Of a stretch of 64,000 nucleotides of DNA, positions 48,036 through 56,528 are shown one piece after another; position 1 is the first letter of the stretch; each line of letters begins with the position of its first letter. Origin of the DNA: a virus (taxonomy: Duplodnaviria > Caudoviricetes); the IMG/VR virus record IMGVR_UViG_3300033068_001989, positions 64,001 through 128,000 of that record; one strand, 5' to 3'. The translations under genes and the position numbers were made by a program. The notes under the pieces were generated by a model, which was not told the DNA's origin, made no database searches, and was given only the letters and a program-made list of their open reading frames with translations.

Positions 48036-49190
48036 TTATAAGTATGAAAAAGGATCAAATCCCTTTGGTTGGTATCCAGTTGTTATCCATTCGCTTCCCT
48101 CTAATATTTTTATTCTATCCAGGGTAACAGCTTTCTTCTCCATCTCGAGTCCTCTTGTTATTTCCTGTGAAGCACCCTTTATTACGAAAGGTGGTATGAC
48201 CTTATAATTTAGCCACATAAGAATAAGATTTCTTTCTAGATTATGAGAAACCTTTTTTCTATTTTCGGTTGTATCGACATCCTTAGTTGTTCTTAATATC
48301 AATCCACTTATCCAATTAAGGAATTCCGTGTTTTTAATTAACGAATCAAAAGGAACACCGAACCATTCAGTTTCCAATAATGAAGCATAAATCTTCTTAG
48401 CTTTACTGTCAGTAAATCTAACTAATTTATCTTGTCCATCTTTATTTTTAACCATATATTCCCAAACACTCGGAACGGAATCACCATCATCACCGATTAG
48501 GATCTTATGGAATATAAAAGAATAGCTATCAATCTCTTCGACCTTCACTTTTTTAAGAAACTCTTTAAATTTATCCTTCTCTGGAGATATTGCCGATGAC
48601 ATGTTGAATATACTCATTCCAACAGAATCATTTTTATTTAGCCACAATTCCTCCCATTTCTGATGAACAGATAACATATTCTTTTTTGAATTTGTGTTCC
48701 ATACAGCGGTCCATGCTTTATCGTTCATTCTTGCTAATTGGTGCATATCGTGATCACCACTAATTATGATACAATTTTCACCATTCAAATTGAAATAATC
48801 GGACCAGAACATTAGTAGATCATCTCCTTCAGCACCTTCAACTCTAGAAAATATGAATCCCATTTTCTCTAATTGTTCACCGAATGCTGTCATCAATTCG
48901 AAAAATATCGTCCAGTCCACCGTCTCATCCTTCACTCTTCCAGATTTATAGCCACCGTTTTCTATCTCGACATCCTTTCTCCAGCTCCGACTATCAGCGG
49001 TAAATACCATTCTCCCACCTTGTGGAAGCATCTTAAGTGAAGAACATAAATCAGTAGAAACTTTTCTTATAAAAGCTGCCTGCTCAGATTTCTCCTTCAG
49101 AACCTTTCCTGGGTCCATATTTCCATATCCTGCAAATACCCCGAAAGTTTTATGGAAATGATGATTCCCGTCTATACATACATTTATCAT
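48036..49190 (-). CDS. rnh: RNase H / 5'-3' flap exonuclease (T4 rnh-like)
   Basis: CIDGN, DSRSWRK..YKSGR, EGDD, SGDHD, GDDGDSVP. Confidence 0.85.
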   Translation of the reverse strand: MINVCIDGNHHFHKTFGVFAGYGNMDPGKVLKEKSEQAAFIRKVSTDLCSSLKMLPQGGRMVFTADSRSWRKDVEIENGGYKSGRVKDETVDWTIFFELMTAFGEQLEKMGFIFSRVEGAEGDDLLMFWSDYFNLNGENCIIISGDHDMHQLARMNDKAWTAVWNTNSKKNMLSVHQKWEELWLNKNDSVGMSIFNMSSAISPEKDKFKEFLKKVKVEEIDSYSFIFHKILIGDDGDSVPSVWEYMVKNKDGQDKLVRFTDSKAKKIYASLLETEWFGVPFDSLIKNTEFLNWISGLILRTTKDVDTTENRKKVSHNLERNLILMWLNYKVIPPFVIKGASQEITRGLEMEKKAVTLDRIKILEGSEWITTGYQPKGFDPFSYL

Positions 49191-49205
49191 TATTAATATT
49201 TTAAA

Positions 49206-49727
49206 TTAATTAGAGAGATTAATCCACTCCATTGCTCCATCTATAATAAAATTTGGATCAGTTATTCTATGATCGAAATCGGTAAAGTTTTCAAAATCAT
49301 TCTCATCAGAAGCTAATCTTCTATCAACGATGTCAGCATCTTTTCGTTTAAGTAATCTTTCTCTTCTAACTTCAAAAGGTATATCGATATAAACTATAAA
49401 AGATTCTTTCCTATCCTCCGTTTTTAATTTACCTATACCTCCCGGTGTCATTATGAACAGATTTGATTTTTCAAATTCTTCAATTGATGTACCATAGAAC
49501 CATCCATTAAACATTACATATTCATATAGGAGTTTCTTCTCTATAAAATTATGTATAGCAGAATCCAAACTTATAAAATGATAATCGATACCATTAACCT
49601 CACCATCTCTTGGTGGTCTTGTCGTATGCGATACACAATATTTGAATCCATAATTTTCCATCTGTTGTCTAGCATGATCTTTTCCTGAACCTGCTTTTCC
49701 AACCAATATAATTCTTTTATTACTCAT
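49206..49727 (-). CDS. gmk: Guanylate kinase
   Basis: GKAGSGKD, VSHTTRPPRDGEVNGIDYHFI, WFYGT. Confidence 0.88.
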   Translation of the reverse strand: MSNKRIILVGKAGSGKDHARQQMENYGFKYCVSHTTRPPRDGEVNGIDYHFISLDSAIHNFIEKKLLYEYVMFNGWFYGTSIEEFEKSNLFIMTPGGIGKLKTEDRKESFIVYIDIPFEVRRERLLKRKDADIVDRRLASDENDFENFTDFDHRITDPNFIIDGAMEWINLSN

Positions 49728-50671
49728 TATTCAATAAGTTTTTGGATCTGAAAAAATAACGAAAGCAATGATACCATTGGATCAATTACTTGGGTTCTTT
49801 GTGCCTGGTGTTCAGCAACGAGAACTATCACTGCTGGAATAATCTTTGATAAATCAGATCTATTATTTATTATCCAGTTTATAAACTCATCTCCTAATGC
49901 AGACATGACATCATCAGTTTTACCCTGATATTCACCAACTATTGTCTGATAATTCTTAACCGGATCCTTAGATGTAACTAGGAGATTGTATAAATTCTCA
50001 TAAGACCACCCAAACTCTTTAACCCTAGCTGAATCTATATTTTTAACACCTTCTATCATCCAGGCTTGTATCTTGTTTAATGCAGCTCTAAAATCTGGAT
50101 AATAACTTTTCTGAAATTCTGACAAAGCTTCATTTTCTATAGTCACCCCAATTTTACCAAGGATGAAATTTACTCTGGTAGCCCATTCAGCTTTAAGACT
50201 CTCATCCTCCTCTGTACTTATTGGGTTGAAGTCAATAACCTCAAATCTACTCTGAATAGCATCAGGAACCTTATTTATATAGTTACATGTGGCTATAAAC
50301 CTTGTATTCGAAGCATATTTTTCCACCGTACCTCTTAGTGCTTTATAGAATTGATCCGATGCACCATCAAACTCATCTAATACAACAACTTTCTTCGACG
50401 ATTTTCCATCCATAACGGATATAGTCGAACAAAAGTCAGTTATTTTTGTTCTGATTGTTTCAACTGAACTTTCATCGGAAACATTTATAAATAAATGGGG
50501 AAACGGTGCTGCTAATATCTTTGCTAATGTCGTTTTTCCACAACCAGGAGATCCGCTAAGTAAAACGTTTTGTCCTAAACCATTCTCAAAAACTTTGGAA
50601 ATTCTTGAGGGCAATATCATATGCTCCAGCTTTTTGGGTCTGAGCTTCTCTGTTAATAATTCTTGTATCAT
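49727..50671 (-). CDS. gp44: Clamp loader ATPase subunit (T4 gp44 / RFC small subunit)
   Basis: TEKLRP, GSPGCGKTT, VVVLDEFD, RFIATCN, AIQSRF. Confidence 0.9.
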   Translation of the reverse strand: MIQELLTEKLRPKKLEHMILPSRISKVFENGLGQNVLLSGSPGCGKTTLAKILAAPFPHLFINVSDESSVETIRTKITDFCSTISVMDGKSSKKVVVLDEFDGASDQFYKALRGTVEKYASNTRFIATCNYINKVPDAIQSRFEVIDFNPISTEEDESLKAEWATRVNFILGKIGVTIENEALSEFQKSYYPDFRAALNKIQAWMIEGVKNIDSARVKEFGWSYENLYNLLVTSKDPVKNYQTIVGEYQGKTDDVMSALGDEFINWIINNRSDLSKIIPAVIVLVAEHQAQRTQVIDPMVSLLSLFFQIQKLIE

Positions 50672-50680
50672 TTATATTAA

Positions 50681-52018
50681 TTAAAATTTAGTACTTAAAT
50701 CGTCAGCAGTATCCTTATCATTTCTTATCTCAATGAATCTAGGTAAAAATAAAGAACGGTTGCCATGCTTATCCTCTATTGTAACATTATATTGTACTGC
50801 AACTATTTTACCGATATGCTGATCTGGAGTTTCGCTTAATATCTTAAGATCGTTATCGGTAAAACCTGATCCAACCTTAACATTAAGTGTTCCTGATGAA
50901 TCAGTACATATAAAACCACCAATATACCCTTCTCTTTTTCCTTCCCCTGGATACCATCCACTAACAATTAAATCACAATCATTAACTTCCTTAAGTTTTA
51001 TCCAAGTCTTTGATCTTTTGCATTCATAGATGGAATTATTTTTACATATAACTCCCTCACCTCCATCAGAAACTATTTGCTTATAAATCTCTGCAACATC
51101 CGATGAATTATCTAATTCCCACATCCTTGCGAGTACAACCGGGCTATTATCAGGAAGAAATGATAATACTCTCTCTAGAGTTGATCTTCTTGTAAGATAA
51201 TCAAGAACACCAGAACCATGATTTAATGTCATAACTTCCTCAAAATCAAAAACATTAAAAAGCATATCATTATCTATATCCTTAGGAGCAGTCCCTCTTA
51301 GTATCTGGGTAACCTTCCCGCTAACAGATTTTCTATTGAGGTCAGTTAGTTCACCGTCAAAAAACCAATCACCAAGTATTCCTTGTCCACTATTGATCAT
51401 TGCAGTTTTTAGAGAAAATGATATACGAGAAAGACAGGTTGCATCTAATTCATTGAAAGCCCTAGTGAAGTATGTTATTTCGCCGGATTTGCATATTGCA
51501 ATAACCCTGACTCCATCATATTTTTCCTCACAATATATCTTTTTCCAATTTTCTATAACCTCGTGGTCGTCAGTAGCTAGCATAACAGAGGGATCAGGTA
51601 TAAGCTCATATCCTAGAGCTTTGTTTATAAGCTTAGCTCCAATTCCTATATTCATCCTTTTTGTTATGATTTTCATAAGAACCGATCTTAATTCCAAATC
51701 TTCCTCTGGGTTGTCGCTAATCTTAGTGGATATTAAATTGCAAGCTCTGCTTCTAAGATTATCATTGGCTGCAGAAGCATTTTTAAGCTCCTCTAATAGC
51801 AATCTAAAATCTTCCCATAGGTTAGGATTACTTTCTAATAAAACCTCATTATACGAGATCTTATGAAGTTTTGTTGTTACGAAAGGATTGAAGCAAACAT
51901 CAAGTATGTACTTAAGTTTATCATCAATATTGGATTTTATCAAATCCTGTTTGGATTTCTGCGAGCCGTTTCCGGTTAACAATTCAAGTTCTCTAAAGAG
52001 TCTTAATTTCTCTATCAT
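50681..52018 (-). CDS. lig: ATP-dependent DNA ligase (start revised from 52081)
   Basis: EEKYDGVR, FDGEL, VFDF, EGVICK, WIKLK, VGSGF, LFLPRF; the upstream in-frame extension crosses intergenic AT-rich DNA. Confidence 0.92.
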   Translation of the reverse strand: MIEKLRLFRELELLTGNGSQKSKQDLIKSNIDDKLKYILDVCFNPFVTTKLHKISYNEVLLESNPNLWEDFRLLLEELKNASAANDNLRSRACNLISTKISDNPEEDLELRSVLMKIITKRMNIGIGAKLINKALGYELIPDPSVMLATDDHEVIENWKKIYCEEKYDGVRVIAICKSGEITYFTRAFNELDATCLSRISFSLKTAMINSGQGILGDWFFDGELTDLNRKSVSGKVTQILRGTAPKDIDNDMLFNVFDFEEVMTLNHGSGVLDYLTRRSTLERVLSFLPDNSPVVLARMWELDNSSDVAEIYKQIVSDGGEGVICKNNSIYECKRSKTWIKLKEVNDCDLIVSGWYPGEGKREGYIGGFICTDSSGTLNVKVGSGFTDNDLKILSETPDQHIGKIVAVQYNVTIEDKHGNRSLFLPRFIEIRNDKDTADDLSTKF

Positions 52019-52081
52019 TCTTAATAATTTTAATTTTCTACAAAAATAAATAAAATATACGATTAAAAAAAATAAAGCCAC

Positions 52082-52113
52082 AAAAAAAAAGGATATTTTA
52101 AAAATATCCTTTT
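52082..52113 (-). terminator. Intrinsic terminator after the portal genes
   Basis: A9-GGATATTT-loop-AAATATCC-TTTT. Confidence 0.75.
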
Positions 52114-52116
52114 AGA

Positions 52117-53754
52117 TTATAAAGTTACCTGTGGTGTCTCCTCCGCCCCTTCCGCTGGAGGGGTTTCTTTAGATTCTTCTGGCGTAGTTTCTCCCTCAGG
52201 AGGAGCGGAAGCTGCTCCAGCTTTTTCTTCAGCCTTTTTATATTGTTCGTTAAGCTTTAATTGATCCGGTGACATACCAATGAATCTTTGTATAAGGAAG
52301 TCGTTATCGAAATATGGAACATCCTCCTCTCCTGCCTTAACCTTAAGGTCAGCAAGCGAAGTTACAAATTCACTTTTCTTTTTAAGATTTGTCATTTCAA
52401 CCTGATCTTCAAACTCAAGATCTCTATTAAAATCAAGTCCTATATTAGCTTTAAAGTTTCTATCCTTAGCCAATTCTGGATAATCCAGACACATCTGTAT
52501 ATAAAGAGGTTTTACTAATATCTCCTGGAATATGGATCTAAGTCTTCTTAGAAATTTTTCGAATCTTATTTCGTCTCTCTCCAATTGATCTATCGCTATC
52601 TGATAATTAGCAGGTGTTCCGTTCTTTGCAGCAAATCTTGCATATGGTATTTTCGAATCCATTTTTAACTTATTGAAGAAATAAAGAACGTTATCCATAA
52701 CGTTAAAATCAGGACCGGAAGGATTTAGTGAAGATATCTCAGGTGAAACTCCGTTTTGTTCAGGAAATAAATAATTTTTATAAAACTGAACTTTAGGTCT
52801 ACCGTTTACTGTAAGTTCGCCCGAAGAATCATTAATACTGATTTCCTCCTTGTAATTCGACATAAGCTGTCCTAAGGTTTGCATTGCTTTTTGGGGTGAC
52901 TGAGTACCAATAGGAATGATGAATTTCATTCTATAGCTAGCATTCATAACATTCCATATAACTCTAGAATTCTCCATGATTCTAAGTATATTGTATGATC
53001 TAACTAATCTTTCAACATAACTTGTCCTTGATATTGTATTTCCCTTAGCATAAGATATGTAAATTATCTGTTCATTGGTAAGTTTCCTAAACATCTGGGG
53101 ATTATTAGGATACTGAAGCCAAAATTGCTTATATTCATTTTCACCAACCTTCTCAACAACAGGTTCAAGAGATACTGCATCCAATTCTTTAAATCCTATT
53201 ATTTCCTTACCTTTGCTATCATATATTATTTCAAACGCTAGAAATCCATCTATAATAAACTGTCTAAAATATTGCCAACCCAAAACAGTATTTTGAAATT
53301 GAAATATGTTATACAATCTATTGAAATGTGAACTTATCTTTTCTTTTATATTATCTTTAAGATCTATATTAGAAAAAGATGGCTGAGCAAAATAATTTCT
53401 ATCATCATAAACTATTGCTTCGTCAGTAATGATATCCAATATGAATTCAATCTCACCATTTATTGAGAACTTTCTAAGATAATTTCTCTTCTCAATATAC
53501 GATTTATCAAAATATGCTATATATTTTCTTACTTTAGTATCATGATACGATGCAGTCCACTGAAAAGCACTATCCTTAGTATAACCAGTGCCCTCCTGAT
53601 TGAAAAAAGCTCCCTCAGTTCTACCGATGGCCTGAGAGTTTCTAACAATCATATCATCGTATTGCATACCAAATTTGGATATATTACCCAAATTCTTCAA
53701 TATGTTACCCAATGCCGCTTGATTGGGTTTTAAAAAGTCTAAAAATCCTGCCAT
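52117..53754 (-). CDS. gp20: Portal protein, T4 gp20-like (copy 2)
   Basis: EIEFILDIITDEAIV, FRQFIIDG, LRIMENSRVIW, QLERDEIRFEKFLRRLRSIF. Confidence 0.88.
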   Translation of the reverse strand: MAGFLDFLKPNQAALGNILKNLGNISKFGMQYDDMIVRNSQAIGRTEGAFFNQEGTGYTKDSAFQWTASYHDTKVRKYIAYFDKSYIEKRNYLRKFSINGEIEFILDIITDEAIVYDDRNYFAQPSFSNIDLKDNIKEKISSHFNRLYNIFQFQNTVLGWQYFRQFIIDGFLAFEIIYDSKGKEIIGFKELDAVSLEPVVEKVGENEYKQFWLQYPNNPQMFRKLTNEQIIYISYAKGNTISRTSYVERLVRSYNILRIMENSRVIWNVMNASYRMKFIIPIGTQSPQKAMQTLGQLMSNYKEEISINDSSGELTVNGRPKVQFYKNYLFPEQNGVSPEISSLNPSGPDFNVMDNVLYFFNKLKMDSKIPYARFAAKNGTPANYQIAIDQLERDEIRFEKFLRRLRSIFQEILVKPLYIQMCLDYPELAKDRNFKANIGLDFNRDLEFEDQVEMTNLKKKSEFVTSLADLKVKAGEEDVPYFDNDFLIQRFIGMSPDQLKLNEQYKKAEEKAGAASAPPEGETTPEESKETPPAEGAEETPQVTL

Positions 53755-53758
53755 GTTA

Positions 53759-55375
53759 TTATAGTGTTACTTGTGGTGCTTCTTCCCCGCCTTCTTCTTT
53801 CTTAGACTCTTTCCCTCCTGCTGCCTTTTCAGTTTTCGCTTTCTCCTTCGCCTTTCTTTCTTTGGCCTCTTTGTTAGCTATTATATCCTGTTTAGACATA
53901 CCTAAATACTCCTCTATAAGAAATGCATTGGAAAAAAATGGTTTACCGTCATCATTCATTAGACCACCAAGACTAGAGATTGTTTCCTTTCTCTGTACCA
54001 TCTTACCTATTTCCTGATTTTCTTTAAACGGATTGTCAGACCAGTAATTAAGTCCCAATTGACTTTTGAATAGAAAATCTTTTTCAAGATATGGATATTT
54101 ATTAACCATCTGTAGCCACATAGGTTTAACTAATATTTCCTGGAATACGGATCTAAGTCTAGATATAAATTTATAGAATCTTATTTCCTCTTTATCTAAT
54201 CCCTCTGCTCCATTTGAATATGGTGATGTGCTACCTCCGTCAGGATTATGAAACCTCGATGGTGGAACCTTAGATTCCAATATAAATTTATCAAAGAAAT
54301 ATGTTAATGGAGCAGGGTCATTCAAATTTGGTCCCTCTGTATTTATTGGCTCGATAGTCGGTGTTCCGTTAACACCAGAAGGCATAAGATAATTCTTATA
54401 GAACTGTATCTTTGGTCTACCGTCAACAGTAAGCTCGCCGCTTTCATCATTTAACTGTATGTCTTCCTTATATACGCTCATAAGTTCCCCCAATGTTTGC
54501 ATACCTTTTTGTTGAGATTTTGTACCTATAGGAACAGTCATTTTAAGTTTAAATGAAGCATTCATAACAGACCATATAACTCTAGTATATTCTATTATCC
54601 TCAATATATTATAAGGTCTTATAAGTCTCTCGATATAACTAACCCTTGATATTGAATTACCCTTGGCGTATGATATGTATATTATTTGGGGATCATATAG
54701 TACCCTTTTCTTCTTTGGGTCCTGAGGGTATTGTGTCCAAGTACTAACAAAGCTTCCATCCAATTGCTTCTCCACACTAGGAATAAGAGTTATCGGATCA
54801 AGTTCCTTAAAACCGACTATCTTCTTACCACTGTCATCATATACGATTTCAAATGCTAGAAATCCGTCTATAATAAACTGTCTAAAATATTGCCATGCTG
54901 TTATATCATCAGAAAATCCCCATATATCATACAGATTCTTATATACATCATATAGCTCATCCTTTACCTTCTCGTTTACGTCAGTAAGATCTATAAAATC
55001 CGGATATGCAAAAAAATTAGCGGGATCGTAAGTTATTGCTTCATCACATATTGTATCAAGAACCCATTCAACCTCAGGATTAAGAGAGAACATTCTTAAA
55101 AATTCTCGCTTACCTTTATAATCCTTATCGAAGTATCCTATGAATTGTCTGGATGTTACATCTTGCTTAGCAAGAGCCCATAGCATGCTTTCGTCCTCTA
55201 CGTTCGATTTATTCTTATTAAGAAAAGCTGCTTCGGTTACACCGACAGCCTGTGAATTTCTTATAACCATGTCATCATACTTCATACCAAAAGTACTAAG
55301 CTTTTTGACCGACTCACGTATTCTCTGTATTACCGGAGATTCCGATGGTTTATTATTATCTACAAAACCTGCCAT
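53759..55375 (-). CDS. gp20: Portal protein, T4 gp20-like (copy 1)
   Basis: PEVEWVLDTICDEAI, FRQFIIDG, SKVPPSRF, DKEEIRFYKFISRLRSVF. Confidence 0.88.
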   Translation of the reverse strand: MAGFVDNNKPSESPVIQRIRESVKKLSTFGMKYDDMVIRNSQAVGVTEAAFLNKNKSNVEDESMLWALAKQDVTSRQFIGYFDKDYKGKREFLRMFSLNPEVEWVLDTICDEAITYDPANFFAYPDFIDLTDVNEKVKDELYDVYKNLYDIWGFSDDITAWQYFRQFIIDGFLAFEIVYDDSGKKIVGFKELDPITLIPSVEKQLDGSFVSTWTQYPQDPKKKRVLYDPQIIYISYAKGNSISRVSYIERLIRPYNILRIIEYTRVIWSVMNASFKLKMTVPIGTKSQQKGMQTLGELMSVYKEDIQLNDESGELTVDGRPKIQFYKNYLMPSGVNGTPTIEPINTEGPNLNDPAPLTYFFDKFILESKVPPSRFHNPDGGSTSPYSNGAEGLDKEEIRFYKFISRLRSVFQEILVKPMWLQMVNKYPYLEKDFLFKSQLGLNYWSDNPFKENQEIGKMVQRKETISSLGGLMNDDGKPFFSNAFLIEEYLGMSKQDIIANKEAKERKAKEKAKTEKAAGGKESKKEEGGEEAPQVTL

Positions 55376-55414
55376 TTAATTTATTTTTTTGATATTTATA
55401 TATCGAGATTAATG

Positions 55415-55900
55415 CTATCTACTCTTGAATAAAAAATTTTCGTCAATAACTCCAAATCTATATCCTCTCTTATCTGCCCATTCCTTAGCTGCTTTGAATT
55501 TTGCTTGGTTGGTTATCCATATTTGCATATTTCTGTTATATGACTTAAGCTTAGCTAAAGTCATAACACCTTCCATTATGGGTTTAATCGTTTGTTTTTC
55601 TGGTTTTATCTCTATTATCCATTCCTGTTCACTATTATCTTCCTTTAGGACCTTTATATAAAAATCAACATTATAGTTATGGTCTTTTTTATCAAGAGGA
55701 TTGTAATATGGTATAACAACCGGTTCAGAGCTCCATTTTAATATGGATTCATTTGTGTCACAGTATGTACAAAACCTATATTCCCAGGAAGATCTATAGA
55801 TAATATTATGTATATCACCTATATACTTATCAGGATTCTTAGGATCATATTTACCAGATTTATATTCACCATTAGGTTTTATCTTCTTGATATCTGGCAT
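55415..55900 (-). CDS. gp4: Head completion protein gp4 (TnsA-like nuclease fold)
   Basis: GKYDPKNPDKYIGD, IYRSSWE, KWSSEPVVIPY, IEIKP, NQAKFKAA. Confidence 0.88.
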   Translation of the reverse strand: MPDIKKIKPNGEYKSGKYDPKNPDKYIGDIHNIIYRSSWEYRFCTYCDTNESILKWSSEPVVIPYYNPLDKKDHNYNVDFYIKVLKEDNSEQEWIIEIKPEKQTIKPIMEGVMTLAKLKSYNRNMQIWITNQAKFKAAKEWADKRGYRFGVIDENFLFKSR

Positions 55901-55903
55901 AGT

Positions 55904-56263
55904 CTAGATGTTATATGAATTATCATCACCAGTTATATAACTAAATGGGATCGTTACCGGATTTTTTGGTGGATGTAATTTCTTCCATCCTTTGGCAAAT
56001 CCATGCTTAGCTATCTGTGTAAAATAAGCAAATGGATTGTTAGATTTTTCCGGATTGAATCTATTCCAATATTTACATAAATCTTCCATAGCAAAAGCCA
56101 TGCAATCCTCTCTATCCTCAGGATCCTTGTATGACATTTTCTTAGATATACCTTCAATCATAAGATTGAACATATCTATAGTTGCTGGCGTTAATTTTCC
56201 AGCATTCTTCGATTCAATAACAGCTGCCATTAGCTCGCTATTCTTTACATAAACTTTTGCCAT
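55904..56263 (-). CDS. gp55: Late-transcription sigma factor, T4 gp55-like (short)
   Basis: YVKNSEL, YKDPEDREDC, RFNPEKSNNPFAYFTQI. Confidence 0.8.
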   Translation of the reverse strand: MAKVYVKNSELMAAVIESKNAGKLTPATIDMFNLMIEGISKKMSYKDPEDREDCMAFAMEDLCKYWNRFNPEKSNNPFAYFTQIAKHGFAKGWKKLHPPKNPVTIPFSYITGDDNSYNI

Positions 56264-56326
56264 TAATATTTTATTATATTTGGGTATTTAGTATTTTAGT
56301 TATAAAATACTAAAAGATTTCATCAC

Positions 56327-56362
56327 AAAAAAAAGAATGCAGTAAAAAATACTACATTCTTC
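56327..56362 (-). terminator. Intrinsic terminator
   Basis: Minus strand AAGAATGTAGTA-loop-TACTGCATTCTT-T run (one G:U pair). Confidence 0.8.
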
Positions 56363-56366
56363 TTAA

Positions 56367-56528
56367 TTATTGTTTATCTTCACCGGAGTCATCGTTTTCT
56401 TCGTCGTTAAGATCCTCCGTTTTACCGGTAGGTGCCTTTGCGAATTTACCCTTCATGGATTGAATAAAAGATTTACCAGGTTTATTTTGATTTTCACCTT
56501 TAGGTGCGAAATAGAAGTTGCGACTTAG
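56367..56528 (-). CDS. -1 frame C-terminal extension (53 codons) of the 853-aa protein
   Basis: After GTA AAA AAA AAC TAA the -1 frame reads LSRNFYFAPKGENQNKPGKSFIQSMKGKFAKAPTGKTEDLNDEENDDSGEDKQ*. Confidence 0.65.
   Translation of the reverse strand, partial: LSRNFYFAPKGENQNKPGKSFIQSMKGKFAKAPTGKTEDLNDEENDDSGEDKQ

Noticed and set aside
52117-55375. Portal duplication as an assembly artefact or split gene
   Set aside because: Both copies are full length and widely diverged in sequence.
55415-55900. TnsA transposase / mobile element
   Set aside because: Motifs and position next to the portal identify T4 gp4 head completion protein.
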